A DNA stretch of 64,000 nt from an uncultured Gemmatimonadales bacterium (GTDB taxonomy: Bacteria > Gemmatimonadota > Gemmatimonadetes > Longimicrobiales > Longimicrobiaceae). Positions 19,648-29,959 of the stretch are shown one piece after another (position 1 is the first letter of the stretch; each line of letters begins with the position of its first letter). The translations under genes were made by a program, and so were the position numbers. The notes under the pieces are model-generated. The model did not search any database, had not been told where the DNA came from, and saw only the letters and a list, made by a program, of their open reading frames with translations. The stretch spans positions 3,200,001 through 3,264,000 of the forward strand of contig OY970303.1 in assembly GCA_963716255.1 (NCBI GenBank). Reading direction: 5' to 3'.

Positions 19648-22600
19648 TCAGTCGCCGGCCACCGGCACCGCGTCGCCGTAGTGGCCCGGACCGCGGCCCG
19701 GCTCGCGTCCCGCGGCCGGGGTGGGCGTGGGGGCCGGCGGCGTCCTGCTGCCGGTGAGCCACGCCTTGAGACGGTCGCCCGCGGAGTGGAACACCAGGTA
19801 GGCGCTGGGCACCACCAGCAGCGTCAGCACGGTGGAGAGCGAGAGCCCGCCCACCACCGCCACGGCCAGCGGCTGGAGCATCTCCACCCCCTCGCCGATC
19901 CCCAGCGCCAGCGGGAGCATGCCCAGCAGCGTGCACAGGGTGGTCATGACGATGGGGCGCATGCGCACGGCGCCCGCCTCCACCACCGCCTGCTCCTTGC
20001 TCATACCCTCGGCCCTCAGCTCCTCCACGAACTCCACCAGCAGGATGGAGTTGTTGACCACGATGCCGGCCAGCATGATCACCCCCAGCAGCACCGTGGC
20101 GCCCATGGGGGTGTCGCTGATCCAAAGCGCCAGCACCACGCCCACCAGCGAGAGCGGGATGGCGACCAGGATCACCAGCGGGTTGATGAGCGAGTCGTAC
20201 TGCACCGCCATGACCACGAACACCAGGAACACCGCCAGCAGCCCCACGATGGTGAGCTGGCGGTTGTTCTCGGCGATGGCCTCGGCCTCGCCGCCGTACA
20301 GGATGCCGTAGCCCTCGGGGAGGCGAAGGTCGGCCAGGCGCGCCTGCACCTGGGCCGTCACCTCGCCGGTGGTGGCCACGTCGTCCAGCACGTCGCCGGT
20401 GACGCGCAGCACGCGGTTCTGGTTCTCGCGCAGGATGGTGGTGGGCCCCAGCCCCGAGGTCACCGTCGCCACGTCGCGCAGGTAGATGGGGGACTCGCCC
20501 CCCTGGCCGGGGAAGAGCGCCACGCTCTCCAGGTCCTCGGGGCTCTGGAAGCGCGAGCGCGGGAACATCACCCGCACGTCGTACTCGCGGTTCCCCTCGG
20601 TGTAGCGGGTGGCTATGGTGCCGTCCAGCGCGGTGCGCAGCGTCTGCCCCACCGCGTTGACGTCCAGCCCCAGGTACGCGGCGCGCTCCGGGTCCACCCG
20701 CACCGAGATCTGCGGGCTGGCGTCGTCGGTGGACGCCTGCATGGCCTGCAGGCCGGGAACGTCGCGGGTGCGGTCGATCACCTCGTCGCCGATGGCCTTG
20801 AGCTCCGCCAGGTCCTCGCCCTGGATGGTCACCGCCACGTCCGACCCGGACTGGTTGGTGCGCAGCCCGCGGATGGAGGGCGGGCGCACGAAGATGCGGG
20901 CGCCGGCAAAGCCGCGCTGGTTGATCTTTTCCTGCATGGCCGCCACCCACTCGTTGGCGGTCATGTCGCGGTCGTGCGCGGGGACCAGGCGCACGTCCAG
21001 CGAGCCGCGCCCGGCGTTGGCCGAGGTGGAATTGCCGAAGAACTGCCCGCCCGCGGTGGCGAAGACGGTCCGCACGTGCGGCATCTCCTTCACCATTCCC
21101 TCCAGCTCCTGCACGATGCGGTTGCTCTGCTGGGCGGAGGAGCCCGGCGGCAGGGTCACGTTGATGCTCACGCCGCCGTCGTCCACCTGCGGCAGGAACT
21201 CGCTCCCCAGCGTCCCCACCAGCGGCCAGATGGCCAGCAGGATCCCCGCCGATCCGACGAGGATGGGGAGGCGCCAGCGCAGCGTGCGCGCCGCCACCCG
21301 CTTGTAGCCGCTCTGCGTCCGCTCCACGAGGTTGTTGAAGGCCACCAGCGGCCGCCAGTTGGCCACCCCGCTGGTGAAGCTCACCTTGGCGAACTGCGCC
21401 GACAGCATGGGCACCAGCGTCAGCGCGATCACCAGCGAGGCGAAGAACGAGAAGGAGATGGTGAGGATCAATTCCTTGAAGATCAGCGCCACCAGCCCGG
21501 TGATGAGCAGGAAGGGCACCACCGCCATGGTGTGCGTGGTGGTGGCCGCGATCACGGCGCTCTGCACCTCGGCGGCGCCCTCGTGGGCGCCCTCTTCGGG
21601 CTCCAGGTGGCTCACCTTCATGCGCCGGAAGATGTTTTCCAGCATCACGATGGAGTTGTCCACCAGCATCCCCACGCCCAGCGCCAGCCCGCCCAGCGAG
21701 AAGATGTTCAGCGTCAGCTTGCCCATCCCCATGAGCATGAAGGTGGCGAGGATGGCCACGGGGATGGCGATGCCGATGACGAACGTCTTGCGCAGCGAGC
21801 GCAGGAAGAGCAGCACCACCAGCATGGAAAGGATGGCGCCCAGCACCGCCGCGTCGCGCACCGCGGCCACGGAGCCGCGGATGAAGGTGGCCTGGTTCTG
21901 GGTGGTGCTGTTCCTGATGTCCTCGGGGACGAAGCGCGTCTGCACCAGGTCGCGGATGCGCTGGTCCACCCCCTCCGCCACGGCCACCGTGTTGGCGCCG
22001 GGCTGCTTGCGCACCGACATGCGCACCGCCGGCACGCCGTTGAGGCGCGCCCAGATGCGCTGCTCCTGGTTGGTGTCCGCCACGCTGGCCACCTCGCCCA
22101 GCGGCACCTTGCCGCCGCCGGGGAGGTTGATGAGCATGGCGCGCATCTCCGCCACGTTCCGGAACTTGCCGGTGGTCTTCCCCACCACCTCGCGGGTGCT
22201 GGAGGTGACGCGCCCGGCGGCCACGTCCACGTTGGCGTCGCGCAGCGCGGCGATCACCTGCGAGGCGGTGAGCCCGTACGAGCGAAGCCGCTCCTGGTCC
22301 AGCACCACCTGCACCTCGCGGACGAGGCCGCCGGACACGTCCACCGAGGCGACGCCGCCCACGGTGAGGATCTGCGGGGCCAGCCGGTCCTCCACCCACT
22401 CGCGCAGCGAGAGCAGGTCGCGCTCCTCGGAGGAGAAGCCCACCTCGTAGATGGGGATCTGCGACGGGTCGGACTTGAAGGCCGTGGGCGGGTCCGCGTC
22501 CTCCGGGAGACGGGCGCGCACCCGCTCCAGGTTGCGGGTCACGTCCTGCAGCGCGAAGTCGATGTCGGTGCCGTAGCGGAAGGTCAGGTTGACGCCGACG

Positions 22601-22905
22601 CGTCCCTCCTGGATCTCCGTCTCCATCCGCTCCAGGTTCTCGGTGGCGGCAAGCCCGCGCTCCAGCGGCTTCGCGACCACCTCCTCCAGCACCTCGGGGT
22701 CCACGCCCGCGTAGGTGACGTTGACGCGGACGTTGGGGTAGACGATGCTGGGGAGCAGGTCCACCGGCAGGCCGGACAGGTAGAAGAACCCCAGCACGAA
22801 GATCACCGACGTCAGCATCAGCGTCCCGATGGGACGCCGGATCGCCAGGCTGGAGACGTTGCGGCGCGCCTTGCCCGCCGCCTCCCTCACGGACTCACGG
22901 TTCAC
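19648..22905 (-). CDS. RND efflux permease subunit (AcrB/MdtC-like)
   Basis: AIRRPIGT, GMLVDNSIVMLENI, GIVVNNSILLV and RMRPIVMTT motifs; GTG overlaps the MFP stop. Confidence 0.93.
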   Translation of the reverse strand: MNRESVREAAGKARRNVSSLAIRRPIGTLMLTSVIFVLGFFYLSGLPVDLLPSIVYPNVRVNVTYAGVDPEVLEEVVAKPLERGLAATENLERMETEIQEGRVGVNLTFRYGTDIDFALQDVTRNLERVRARLPEDADPPTAFKSDPSQIPIYEVGFSSEERDLLSLREWVEDRLAPQILTVGGVASVDVSGGLVREVQVVLDQERLRSYGLTASQVIAALRDANVDVAAGRVTSSTREVVGKTTGKFRNVAEMRAMLINLPGGGKVPLGEVASVADTNQEQRIWARLNGVPAVRMSVRKQPGANTVAVAEGVDQRIRDLVQTRFVPEDIRNSTTQNQATFIRGSVAAVRDAAVLGAILSMLVVLLFLRSLRKTFVIGIAIPVAILATFMLMGMGKLTLNIFSLGGLALGVGMLVDNSIVMLENIFRRMKVSHLEPEEGAHEGAAEVQSAVIAATTTHTMAVVPFLLITGLVALIFKELILTISFSFFASLVIALTLVPMLSAQFAKVSFTSGVANWRPLVAFNNLVERTQSGYKRVAARTLRWRLPILVGSAGILLAIWPLVGTLGSEFLPQVDDGGVSINVTLPPGSSAQQSNRIVQELEGMVKEMPHVRTVFATAGGQFFGNSTSANAGRGSLDVRLVPAHDRDMTANEWVAAMQEKINQRGFAGARIFVRPPSIRGLRTNQSGSDVAVTIQGEDLAELKAIGDEVIDRTRDVPGLQAMQASTDDASPQISVRVDPERAAYLGLDVNAVGQTLRTALDGTIATRYTEGNREYDVRVMFPRSRFQSPEDLESVALFPGQGGESPIYLRDVATVTSGLGPTTILRENQNRVLRVTGDVLDDVATTGEVTAQVQARLADLRLPEGYGILYGGEAEAIAENNRQLTIVGLLAVFLVFVVMAVQYDSLINPLVILVAIPLSLVGVVLALWISDTPMGATVLLGVIMLAGIVVNNSILLVEFVEELRAEGMSKEQAVVEAGAVRMRPIVMTTLCTLLGMLPLALGIGEGVEMLQPLAVAVVGGLSLSTVLTLLVVPSAYLVFHSAGDRLKAWLTGSRTPPAPTPTPAAGREPGRGPGHYGDAVPVAGD

Positions 22906-24074
22906 GAGCCACCTCCGCGCTGCGGCCGCCCGGCCGGCGCGCCACCCTGGCGCGGCGCGGCCCCTGCGCCCGGTCCCGTCACGACGCGCACCTCGGCGCC
23001 GTCGCGCACGGCGTTGTTCCCCACCGTCACCACGATCTCGCCCGGCTCCAGCCCGGAAAGCACCTCCACCTGGCCGCGCGAGGTGAGCCCGGTCTCCACC
23101 GGCCGCCGCTCGGCCTTGCCGTCCCGGACCACGAACACCGAGGTTTCCCCGGCGCTCTGCACGATGGCCGACTGCGGCACCAGCTTGACGCCCTGGTTCT
23201 GCCCCAGCGCCAGCGACACGCGCGCCAGGAAGCCGGGGCGCGCGGCGCGCGCGCCCTCGCCCTGCAGCGCCACCTCCACCGGCACCAGCCGGGTGGCCGG
23301 GTCGGCGGAGGGGAAGACGCGGCGGATGCGCCCGTCCAGCGTCCGGCCGGGGAGGGCGTCCAGCTCCACCCGGGCCCGGTCGCCGGGGGACAGCTTGACC
23401 ACGTCCAGCTCGGAAACGCGCACCGGCACCACCATGGTGGACACGTCGGCGATCTCGAAAAGCTTGGTCTGCGCGCCCACCACGTCGCCCGACTCCACCG
23501 ACTTGACGGTGACCACCCCGGAGGCAGGGGCGCGGACCACGGAGTAGCCCTGGCGGGCGCGGAGCCCGTCCAGCTGGGCGCGGGCGGCGTCGCGCGCCGC
23601 CTGGTCGCGCTCGTACTCGGCGGCGGTGATCACCTGCCGCTGGCGCAGCTGCTCGGCGCGCTCCAGCGCGGCCTGCGCCACGCCGTACGAGGCCTGGGCG
23701 CTGCGCACCTGCGCGGCGATCTCTCGCGCGTCGATGCGGGCCATCACCTGGCCCTCGCGCACCGCGCTCCCCTCCTCCACGTTCACGTCCAGCAGCGCGC
23801 CGGCCATCTGGCTGTTGACGGCCAGCACCCGGATGGGCTCCACCGTGCCGGACACCGTCACCTCGCGGACGATGGTCCCCAGCGCCACGGGAGCCGTCTC
23901 CACCGCCGTGGGGCCGCCGCGCCCTCCGCCGGGGCCTCCCCGCCCACCGCCTCCGCCCCCCGGCCCGCCCTGGCCGCCGGCCTGCTGCGCGGCCTCGCTC
24001 TCTCCCCCGCACCCGGCGGCGGCCAGGGCCGCCAGCAGCAGGCCCGGCAGGGAGATTCGGCTGTATCTGTTCAC
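22902..24074 (-). CDS. RND efflux periplasmic adaptor (MFP), lipoprotein
   Basis: AAAGC lipobox, lipoyl and hairpin pattern (VRAPASGVV, ADPATR). Confidence 0.9.
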   Translation of the reverse strand: MNRYSRISLPGLLLAALAAAGCGGESEAAQQAGGQGGPGGGGGGRGGPGGGRGGPTAVETAPVALGTIVREVTVSGTVEPIRVLAVNSQMAGALLDVNVEEGSAVREGQVMARIDAREIAAQVRSAQASYGVAQAALERAEQLRQRQVITAAEYERDQAARDAARAQLDGLRARQGYSVVRAPASGVVTVKSVESGDVVGAQTKLFEIADVSTMVVPVRVSELDVVKLSPGDRARVELDALPGRTLDGRIRRVFPSADPATRLVPVEVALQGEGARAARPGFLARVSLALGQNQGVKLVPQSAIVQSAGETSVFVVRDGKAERRPVETGLTSRGQVEVLSGLEPGEIVVTVGNNAVRDGAEVRVVTGPGAGAAPRQGGAPAGRPQRGGGS

Positions 24075-24136
24075 GTGCTTCCTCGGTACGCAGTGGTGAA
24101 GCGGGGACCTCCGCGCCCCCGCGCGCTCCTGTCCGT

Positions 24137-25477
24137 TCACGGGGCGGGCGCCGGGACGGGGGCCGCGGCCTGCGGCCGGACCGTTTCCCCCAGCACCGCC
24201 TCCAGCCGCGCCACGGCCACGCCCAGCCCCTGCCGGGCGCGCACCCATCCCACCTCGGCGTCGGTGAGGGCCACCTGCGAGGCCTGCAGGTCCAGGATGG
24301 TGGACGCCCCCAGGCGGTAGCGCTCCTCCTGCACCCGCAGGTCCTCGCGGGCAAGCTCCACCGAGCGCCGGGCGATCTCCACCCGCCGTTCCGCCGAGCC
24401 GATCTCGCGCGCCGCGTCCGCGGCGGCCACCCGGGCCGCGATGGAGGCGTCCGCCGCGCGGGCCTCCGCGGCGCGCTCGGAAGCGCGCGCGCGGGCCACG
24501 TTTGCCTCGCGCTGGAAGCCGTTCAGCACCGGGAGCGAGGCGATGACCCGCAGGCTCCAGCTCCGCTCCGAGGGCGGGAACTCGAACGCGGTCCAGTCGT
24601 ACCCCCCGGTGGCGCGCAGGGTCGGGGCGTAGGCGGTGGTGGAGGCGATGCGCGTGGCGCGCCGCTCGTCGTAGCTGGCGCGGGCGGCGAGCGCCGAGGG
24701 CGCGCTCCGCTCGGCGCGGGCCACCAGCTCCTCCTCGGCCGGCAGCTCCGGCCCGCGATCCGGGAGCGCGGCGGCGGCGGGCCGCACCTCGCCCGCGACG
24801 CCGATGCGCTGCCCCAGCTGCAGGCGCGACGTGCGCTGCCCCGACTCCGCCTCCACCACGGCCAGCTCGGCGTTGCCCGCCTCCAGCTCGGCGCGCAGCA
24901 CGTCGGAGCGGGTGGCGGTGCCCACCTCCAGGCGGGTCCGCGCGAACTCCAGCTGCTGGCGCGCCCGCTCCTGCCGCTGCCGCGCCGCGGCCACCAGCTC
25001 GTCCGCCGCGGCGGCGCCGTAGAAGGTCTCGGTGGTCGCAAGCGCCGTCTCGTAGCGCTGCTCGCGGTAGGTGGCGCTGGCGGCGCGCTGGCGGGCGCCG
25101 GCGCTGCGCCCCTCGGCCAGGCGGCGGCCGCCGTCGAACAATTCGATCCCCGTGGCCACCTGGGCGGTGTAGTTCTCGGACACCAGCGAGCCGGTGGCCT
25201 GGTCGAAGCGCTCGTTGCTGGAGTTGCCGTAGGTGGAGCCCAGGGTCAGCGTGGGGAGCCACGCCCCGCGCGACTGGAGCACGTCCGCGCGCGCGGAGGC
25301 GATCCCCGAGGCGGCGGCGACGGCCGCGGGGTCCACCGCCACGGAGCGGGCGATGGCCTCGTCCAGGGTGACCGTGCGCACCGGCTCCTGCGCGGCCAGC
25401 GCCGGGGGGAGGAGTGCGGCGGCCAGGAGCGCGAGCGCCGCGCTCCCGGCCGGGGTGAATCCAGGGGTCCGCTTCAT
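24137..25477 (-). CDS. TolC family outer-membrane factor
   Basis: Signal peptide, TLDEAIARS, duplicated helical pattern, ERYRLGASTILDL. Confidence 0.9.
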   Translation of the reverse strand: MKRTPGFTPAGSAALALLAAALLPPALAAQEPVRTVTLDEAIARSVAVDPAAVAAASGIASARADVLQSRGAWLPTLTLGSTYGNSSNERFDQATGSLVSENYTAQVATGIELFDGGRRLAEGRSAGARQRAASATYREQRYETALATTETFYGAAAADELVAAARQRQERARQQLEFARTRLEVGTATRSDVLRAELEAGNAELAVVEAESGQRTSRLQLGQRIGVAGEVRPAAAALPDRGPELPAEEELVARAERSAPSALAARASYDERRATRIASTTAYAPTLRATGGYDWTAFEFPPSERSWSLRVIASLPVLNGFQREANVARARASERAAEARAADASIAARVAAADAAREIGSAERRVEIARRSVELAREDLRVQEERYRLGASTILDLQASQVALTDAEVGWVRARQGLGVAVARLEAVLGETVRPQAAAPVPAPAP

Positions 25478-25521
25478 CGTGTGGAGTTCGGGGTCTTTGG
25501 ATCTTCGGTGGCCGGCCGCGC

Positions 25522-25962
25522 TCAGCGCCGCCCGGAGGCGGACTTCTCCGCCTCGTGCTCGGCGCGGCGGGCGGCGCGGTACTGCGCGCGCAGCCGGTCG
25601 TACTCGGCGCGCTGCTCCGCGTTCAGGATCGCGCGGATCTCGGTGCGCGTGGAGTCCACGATGCCGCGCATCCGCGGCCCCTCGCGCTCCCAGAAGGCGT
25701 CGGCCTGGGCCCGCCGCCGCGCCATCACGGCGTCCACCCGCGCGCTCTGCTCGGCGGTCAGGTCCAGCTGGTCCAGGAACATGCCGGTCTTCTTGCCGTG
25801 CGGCCCGTGGCAGTGCCAGCCGGGCTCCTGCGGGGGCGCCGGCTCGCGCGCGGCCAGCGCGTGGTCGAAGGCGGCGCCGGCGAGCATCCCGGCCGCGAAG
25901 GTCACCACCAGCAGGGCGATCCCCAGCAGGCGGGCGCGGCGGGAGGGGCGGGGGAGGGTCAC
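25522..25962 (-). CDS. Periplasmic Spy/CpxP/ZraP-like helical protein
   Basis: N-terminal TM, LDLTAEQ and ILNAEQRAEY (LTxxQ-like) motifs. Confidence 0.7.
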   Translation of the reverse strand: MTLPRPSRRARLLGIALLVVTFAAGMLAGAAFDHALAAREPAPPQEPGWHCHGPHGKKTGMFLDQLDLTAEQSARVDAVMARRRAQADAFWEREGPRMRGIVDSTRTEIRAILNAEQRAEYDRLRAQYRAARRAEHEAEKSASGRR

Positions 25963-26306
25963 GGCAGGTCTCCTTCCAGCGCGTGGATCAGGTCGGCGTC
26001 GCTCGGGGTGCGCTCATCCGCGATCCACTCGGCGACGGGCTCGGGAAAGTTCAGCTCGTCCGCCACGGTGCGCATGGCGGTGCTCGCCGCGGGCTCGTCC
26101 TGCTCCGCGGCGAGCACGCCCAGCGACACGGCGGCGACGGTCGCCGCGGCGGCCAGCGTGGGCCGCATCCACCCCACCACGAAGGACAGGGGAGAGCGGA
26201 CCGCGGCGGCCTCGGCGAGGATGCGGGCGGTGATGGCGGCGACCATGGCCTCCCGGCGCGCGGGCGCGGGGTGCAGCGGCGACAGGTCGATGGGTTCTTC
26301 GTGCAT
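25959..26306 (-). CDS. Single-TM protein, probable anti-sigma factor
   Basis: Directly downstream of an ECF sigma gene; one TM. Confidence 0.6.
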   Translation of the reverse strand: MHEEPIDLSPLHPAPARREAMVAAITARILAEAAAVRSPLSFVVGWMRPTLAAAATVAAVSLGVLAAEQDEPAASTAMRTVADELNFPEPVAEWIADERTPSDADLIHALEGDLP

Positions 26307-26307
26307 G

Positions 26308-26862
26308 TCAGCCCTCCTCCCGGAGGAATGCGCCCAGGCGGGCGCGGAGTGCCCGGCGTGCGTTGAACAGGTGGTAGCGGACGGTCCCTTCGGGGATGCC
26401 GAGCGATTCGCCGATCTCGCGGTGCTTCCACCCCTCCAGGTCGTGCAGCAGCACCACCTCGCGCTGCACGTCGGACAGGGTGGACAGGCCGTCGGTGAGC
26501 CGGTCCCGGATCTCGCTGCGCTCGGTGTCGCGCAGCGGCGAGCTGCCGTCGGGGCGCGATTCGGCGTGCTCCAGCGGCAGGGCGCTGCGCACGGCGCGGG
26601 AGCGCAGCAGGTTGCGGCTGCGGTTGCGGACGATCTGCATGAGCCAGGGGACGAAGCTGTCCGGCCCGCGCACGTCGCCCAGCCTTCCCAGCGCGGCGAC
26701 CATGGCGTCCTGCACCACGTCCTCGGCCTCGGTGGGGTCGCCGGTGACGGCCAGCGCGACGGCGTACGCGGCACCCAGGTGCAGCCGCACCAGCCGCTCC
26801 ACGGCGGCGGCATCGCCGCCCTGAGCGCGGCCCAGCAGGTGCGCGACGTCTTCGTCCGTCAT
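26308..26862 (-). CDS. ECF RNA polymerase sigma factor
   Basis: AEDVVQDA, FVPWLMQIVRN and REIGESLGIPEGTVRYHLFNAR motifs. Confidence 0.92.
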   Translation of the reverse strand: MTDEDVAHLLGRAQGGDAAAVERLVRLHLGAAYAVALAVTGDPTEAEDVVQDAMVAALGRLGDVRGPDSFVPWLMQIVRNRSRNLLRSRAVRSALPLEHAESRPDGSSPLRDTERSEIRDRLTDGLSTLSDVQREVVLLHDLEGWKHREIGESLGIPEGTVRYHLFNARRALRARLGAFLREEG

Positions 26863-26872
26863 GGTCTTCCCC

Positions 26873-26901
26873 TAGACACGTGAGCCCCGCGGAACGTTGG
26901 G
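26873..26901 (-). promoter_or_regulatory. Possible ECF-type autoregulatory promoter
   Basis: CCCAAC-18 nt-GTCTA just upstream of the sigma ATG. Confidence 0.35.
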
Positions 26902-27027
26902 CGGGGGGGTGAGAGGGCGCCAGTGCACGGGCCGGTCCGGCCGGAAAAAACGCGCCCCGCCGTGGGTGGGTACGCGGCGAGGCGGTTTGGCGGACTGCTT
27001 TGAACGGATTGAACTGCTGGGAACTGA

Positions 27028-27163
27028 GGATTTGGGCGTGCCCCCGGCTGGCGCCGGGGTCGGGCTTCGGCTCCGTAGCACACGAAACAACCGTGTGCAA
27101 CGGAGTCGAGCCCCGCGAAACTGCCCGCGGGTCTCGCCCCTTCGGGCCGGAATCCCTCACGCG
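27028..27163 (-). repeat. Structured dispersed repeat, copy 7
   Basis: Reverse complement matches the consensus; arms CCCGCG and GCACACG; its TGA is the upstream gene's stop. Confidence 0.95.
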
Positions 27164-27723
27164 GGGCTCGCGCGCTCCTCCCCCCACAGCCCCGGGTAGT
27201 GAGTGACGAACCCCGCGGCGTTCACCCGCAGCTCGGCGGTGAAGGCGCCGTCGCTGCTCTCGTAGGCGTACGTGGACTCGCCGGTCCTGCGGTAGCTCTG
27301 CGGCAGCGGCTCCATGGCGAAGCCGGGAAAGTCCAGCCACGCGGACCGGACCTCCGCCGCGGCGCCCACGGGCAGGCTCAGCCGGCGGAGGGCGAGCAGG
27401 TTGGTGGCCGGCGTGAAGCCCAGGTCCACGTCCACGCATCCCTCCACCCGCGGCTGCTCCGCGCCGTCCAGGCGCCAGCGGCGCTCGGCGTCGGCCGCCA
27501 CGCGGACGCGGACGGGCTCGCTCCCGGCCCACCCCTCCACCGTCGCGGACCGGGTGCGCCAGGCCGCGTCGCACAGGACGCGGTAGTCCAGCCGGCAGGG
27601 GAGCCCGTCGTGGGCGAACAGGGCGGTGCCGGACAGCAGCCAGCCGCCGCGGCGCGGGGACAGGCGGGCGTGGTCGTGGCCGGGGAGGTCCAGCCTGCGC
27701 CACAGGACGGCGGAGTCGGCCAT
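27157..27723 (-). CDS. Putative glycolipid-binding domain protein
   Basis: VLWRRLDLPGHD, GCVDVDLGFTPATNLLALRRL, QSYRR and GFVTHYPGLW motifs. Confidence 0.82.
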   Translation of the reverse strand: MADSAVLWRRLDLPGHDHARLSPRRGGWLLSGTALFAHDGLPCRLDYRVLCDAAWRTRSATVEGWAGSEPVRVRVAADAERRWRLDGAEQPRVEGCVDVDLGFTPATNLLALRRLSLPVGAAAEVRSAWLDFPGFAMEPLPQSYRRTGESTYAYESSDGAFTAELRVNAAGFVTHYPGLWGEERASPA

Positions 27724-27728
27724 GGGCG

Positions 27729-28547
27729 TCAGACCGCGTAGAAGGCGGTGAAGAAGAGCACGGCGCGGTACGCCGTGATCACCAGCATCAGCCCCCATCC
27801 CAGCGCTGCGGCGCGCAGCAGGGCGGCCACGCGTCCGTCGCCGTACGCCCGGCGCAGGCCGCCGTACAGGTAGAGCGCGCACCAGCCGAAGAGCGGCCAG
27901 AAGTCCAGCCGCGCGTCGAGGACCGCGGGCCTGATCCCCGCCGCCAGCCCCACGCGGCCGAGCGCCACGACCATGAGGTAGACCACCGGGATGGTGAGGA
28001 TGAAGAAGGCCACGAAGTGCGTGGCGAACACCAGGTGCTCCACGAAGTACCTGCGCCGCCCGGCGTGGACGGCGAGCAGCAGCAGCGCGAAGAGCGGCAC
28101 CATCACGATCACCAGCGTCTTGGCCTGCGAGCGGATGGTGGCGTCGAAGAGCGCCCGGTACTCGTCCAGCCCGATCCCCCGCCGGGCCACCTCCGCCTCC
28201 ACCACGCCGCGGACCCACCGGCTGTAGGGCTGCTCCCGCATGTGGATGGCGAGCGGCGAGGTGAGCGTGCTGATGCGGGTCAGCGGCTGGACGAAGAAGT
28301 ACAGGACGTTGCAGAGGAGGAAGACCTGCAGCGGGCGCAGGTACCGCTCGCGGTCCGCGGAAAAGTACGCGCGGGACAGCTCGCCCGGCCGGACAAGGAG
28401 CGCCCGGAAGCTGGACACGAAGCGGGAGTCCGTGTTGGTGAGCACCTGCACGCCCTCGGTCAGGTAGCGCCGCAGGGAGTAGTCGGCCACGAACGGCTCG
28501 GGAGCGGCCGGGGCGGTTGCCGGCACCGGATCGGAGGGAGCCTGCAT
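27729..28547 (-). CDS. DUF3667-like membrane protein
   Basis: LLVRPGELSRAY...RYLRPLQVFL and RRYFVEHLVFATH motifs. Confidence 0.75.
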   Translation of the reverse strand: MQAPSDPVPATAPAAPEPFVADYSLRRYLTEGVQVLTNTDSRFVSSFRALLVRPGELSRAYFSADRERYLRPLQVFLLCNVLYFFVQPLTRISTLTSPLAIHMREQPYSRWVRGVVEAEVARRGIGLDEYRALFDATIRSQAKTLVIVMVPLFALLLLAVHAGRRRYFVEHLVFATHFVAFFILTIPVVYLMVVALGRVGLAAGIRPAVLDARLDFWPLFGWCALYLYGGLRRAYGDGRVAALLRAAALGWGLMLVITAYRAVLFFTAFYAV

Positions 28548-28796
28548 GCGGGGTTCCGGTGGGCGGGAGGAGGGGAGCCGCCCGGGGGAAGCGGGCGGAA
28601 GGCGGACCCGGGCCGCCGCGCCCACGACGCCCGCGGCGGTTTTCCCAAGGTGGGTCGGGCACGAACCGCGCGCAACGATCCCGTTGGTGCCCGCGCCGCG
28701 GCTCGCACGGGCCCGGCCGGCGCCGTAGCTTGTGGCGTCGGAGCGGGGAGCCCGTCCCGGCCTTTCCCCGGCCACCCCACCCCGGAGTCCCCGGTC

Positions 28797-29951
28797 ATGC
28801 CGAAGCCGTCGTCGTCCCATTCGGTCCGCGCGCGCGCCGGGAGCGGGGCGGGCGAGGTGCTCGGCCGGCGGGCGCTGAACCGGGCGCTGCTGGCGCGGCA
28901 GGGATTGCTGCGCCGCTGGACGATCCCGCCCGCGGAGGCCGTGGAGCGGCTGGTGGGGATGCAGTCGCAGGCGCCGGACCCGCCGTACGTGGGGCTGTGG
29001 ACGCGGCTGGAGGGCTTCCGCCCGGAGGACCTGGCGCGGCTGGTGGAGGAGCGCGTCGTGGTGCGCGTGGCGCTGATGCGCTCCACCCTCCACCTGGTGA
29101 CCGCGCGTGACTGCCTGGCGCTGCGCCCGCTGCTCCAGCCGGTGATCGAGCGCAGCTTCAGGGGCGGCTTCGGCCGGCGGCTGGAGGGGCTGGACGACGC
29201 GGCGCTGGCGGACGCCGCCCGCGCGCTGGTGGAGGAGCGGCCTCGCACCTTCGCCGAGATCGGGGCGGCGCTGGGGGAGCGCTGGCCGGACCGCGACCCG
29301 GCGGCGCTCGCCGCCGCCGCGCGGACCCTGCTCCCGCTGGTGCAGGTGCCGCCCCGCGGCCTGTGGGGGCGCAGCGGCCCTGCCTCCCACACCACGGCGG
29401 AGGCGTGGCTGGGCCGCCCGCTGGACCCGGCCCCCGCGCTGGACGCCATGGTGCTGCGCTACCTGGCCGCATTCGGCCCGGCGACGGCCGCGGACGCGCA
29501 GACGTGGTCCGGCCTCACCCGCCTGAAGGAGGCGGTGGAGCGCCTGCGCCCGGGGCTGCGGGTCTTTCGCGACGAGCGGGGCCGCGAGCTGCTGGACCTG
29601 CCGGACGCCCCGCGCCCCGACGCGGACACGCCGGCCCCGGCGCGCTTCATGGCCGAGTGGGACAACGTGCTCCTGTCCCACGCCGACCGCTCGCGCATGG
29701 TGCCCGAGGAGCACCGCGCGCGCATCTTCACGGTCAACGGCGTCATGCCCGGCACCGTCCTGGTGGACGGCTTCGTGGCCGGCACCTGGAAGCTGGAGCG
29801 GACCCGCGCCTCCGCCACCCTGCGCGTGGCGCCCTTCGCGCCGCTGTCCCCGGACGACGAAGCGGCGCTCACCGCCGAGGGCGAGCGCCTGCTGGACTTC
29901 GCCGCCGCGGATACCCCGGAGCGCGAGGTCCGCATCGCCGCGCCGGGCTGA
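28797..29951 (+). CDS. HTH_42 family DNA glycosylase, AlkZ-like
   Basis: LNRALLARQGLL, GMQSQ (QxQ), LMRSTLHLV, RYLAAFGPAT and EWDNVLLSH motifs. Confidence 0.85.
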   Translation: MPKPSSSHSVRARAGSGAGEVLGRRALNRALLARQGLLRRWTIPPAEAVERLVGMQSQAPDPPYVGLWTRLEGFRPEDLARLVEERVVVRVALMRSTLHLVTARDCLALRPLLQPVIERSFRGGFGRRLEGLDDAALADAARALVEERPRTFAEIGAALGERWPDRDPAALAAAARTLLPLVQVPPRGLWGRSGPASHTTAEAWLGRPLDPAPALDAMVLRYLAAFGPATAADAQTWSGLTRLKEAVERLRPGLRVFRDERGRELLDLPDAPRPDADTPAPARFMAEWDNVLLSHADRSRMVPEEHRARIFTVNGVMPGTVLVDGFVAGTWKLERTRASATLRVAPFAPLSPDDEAALTAEGERLLDFAAADTPEREVRIAAPG

Positions 29952-29959
29952 CAAGCCGC

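Noticed and set aside
23925..23975. Gly-rich GGPGGG repeat in the MFP
   Set aside because: Ordinary low-complexity linker of RND adaptors
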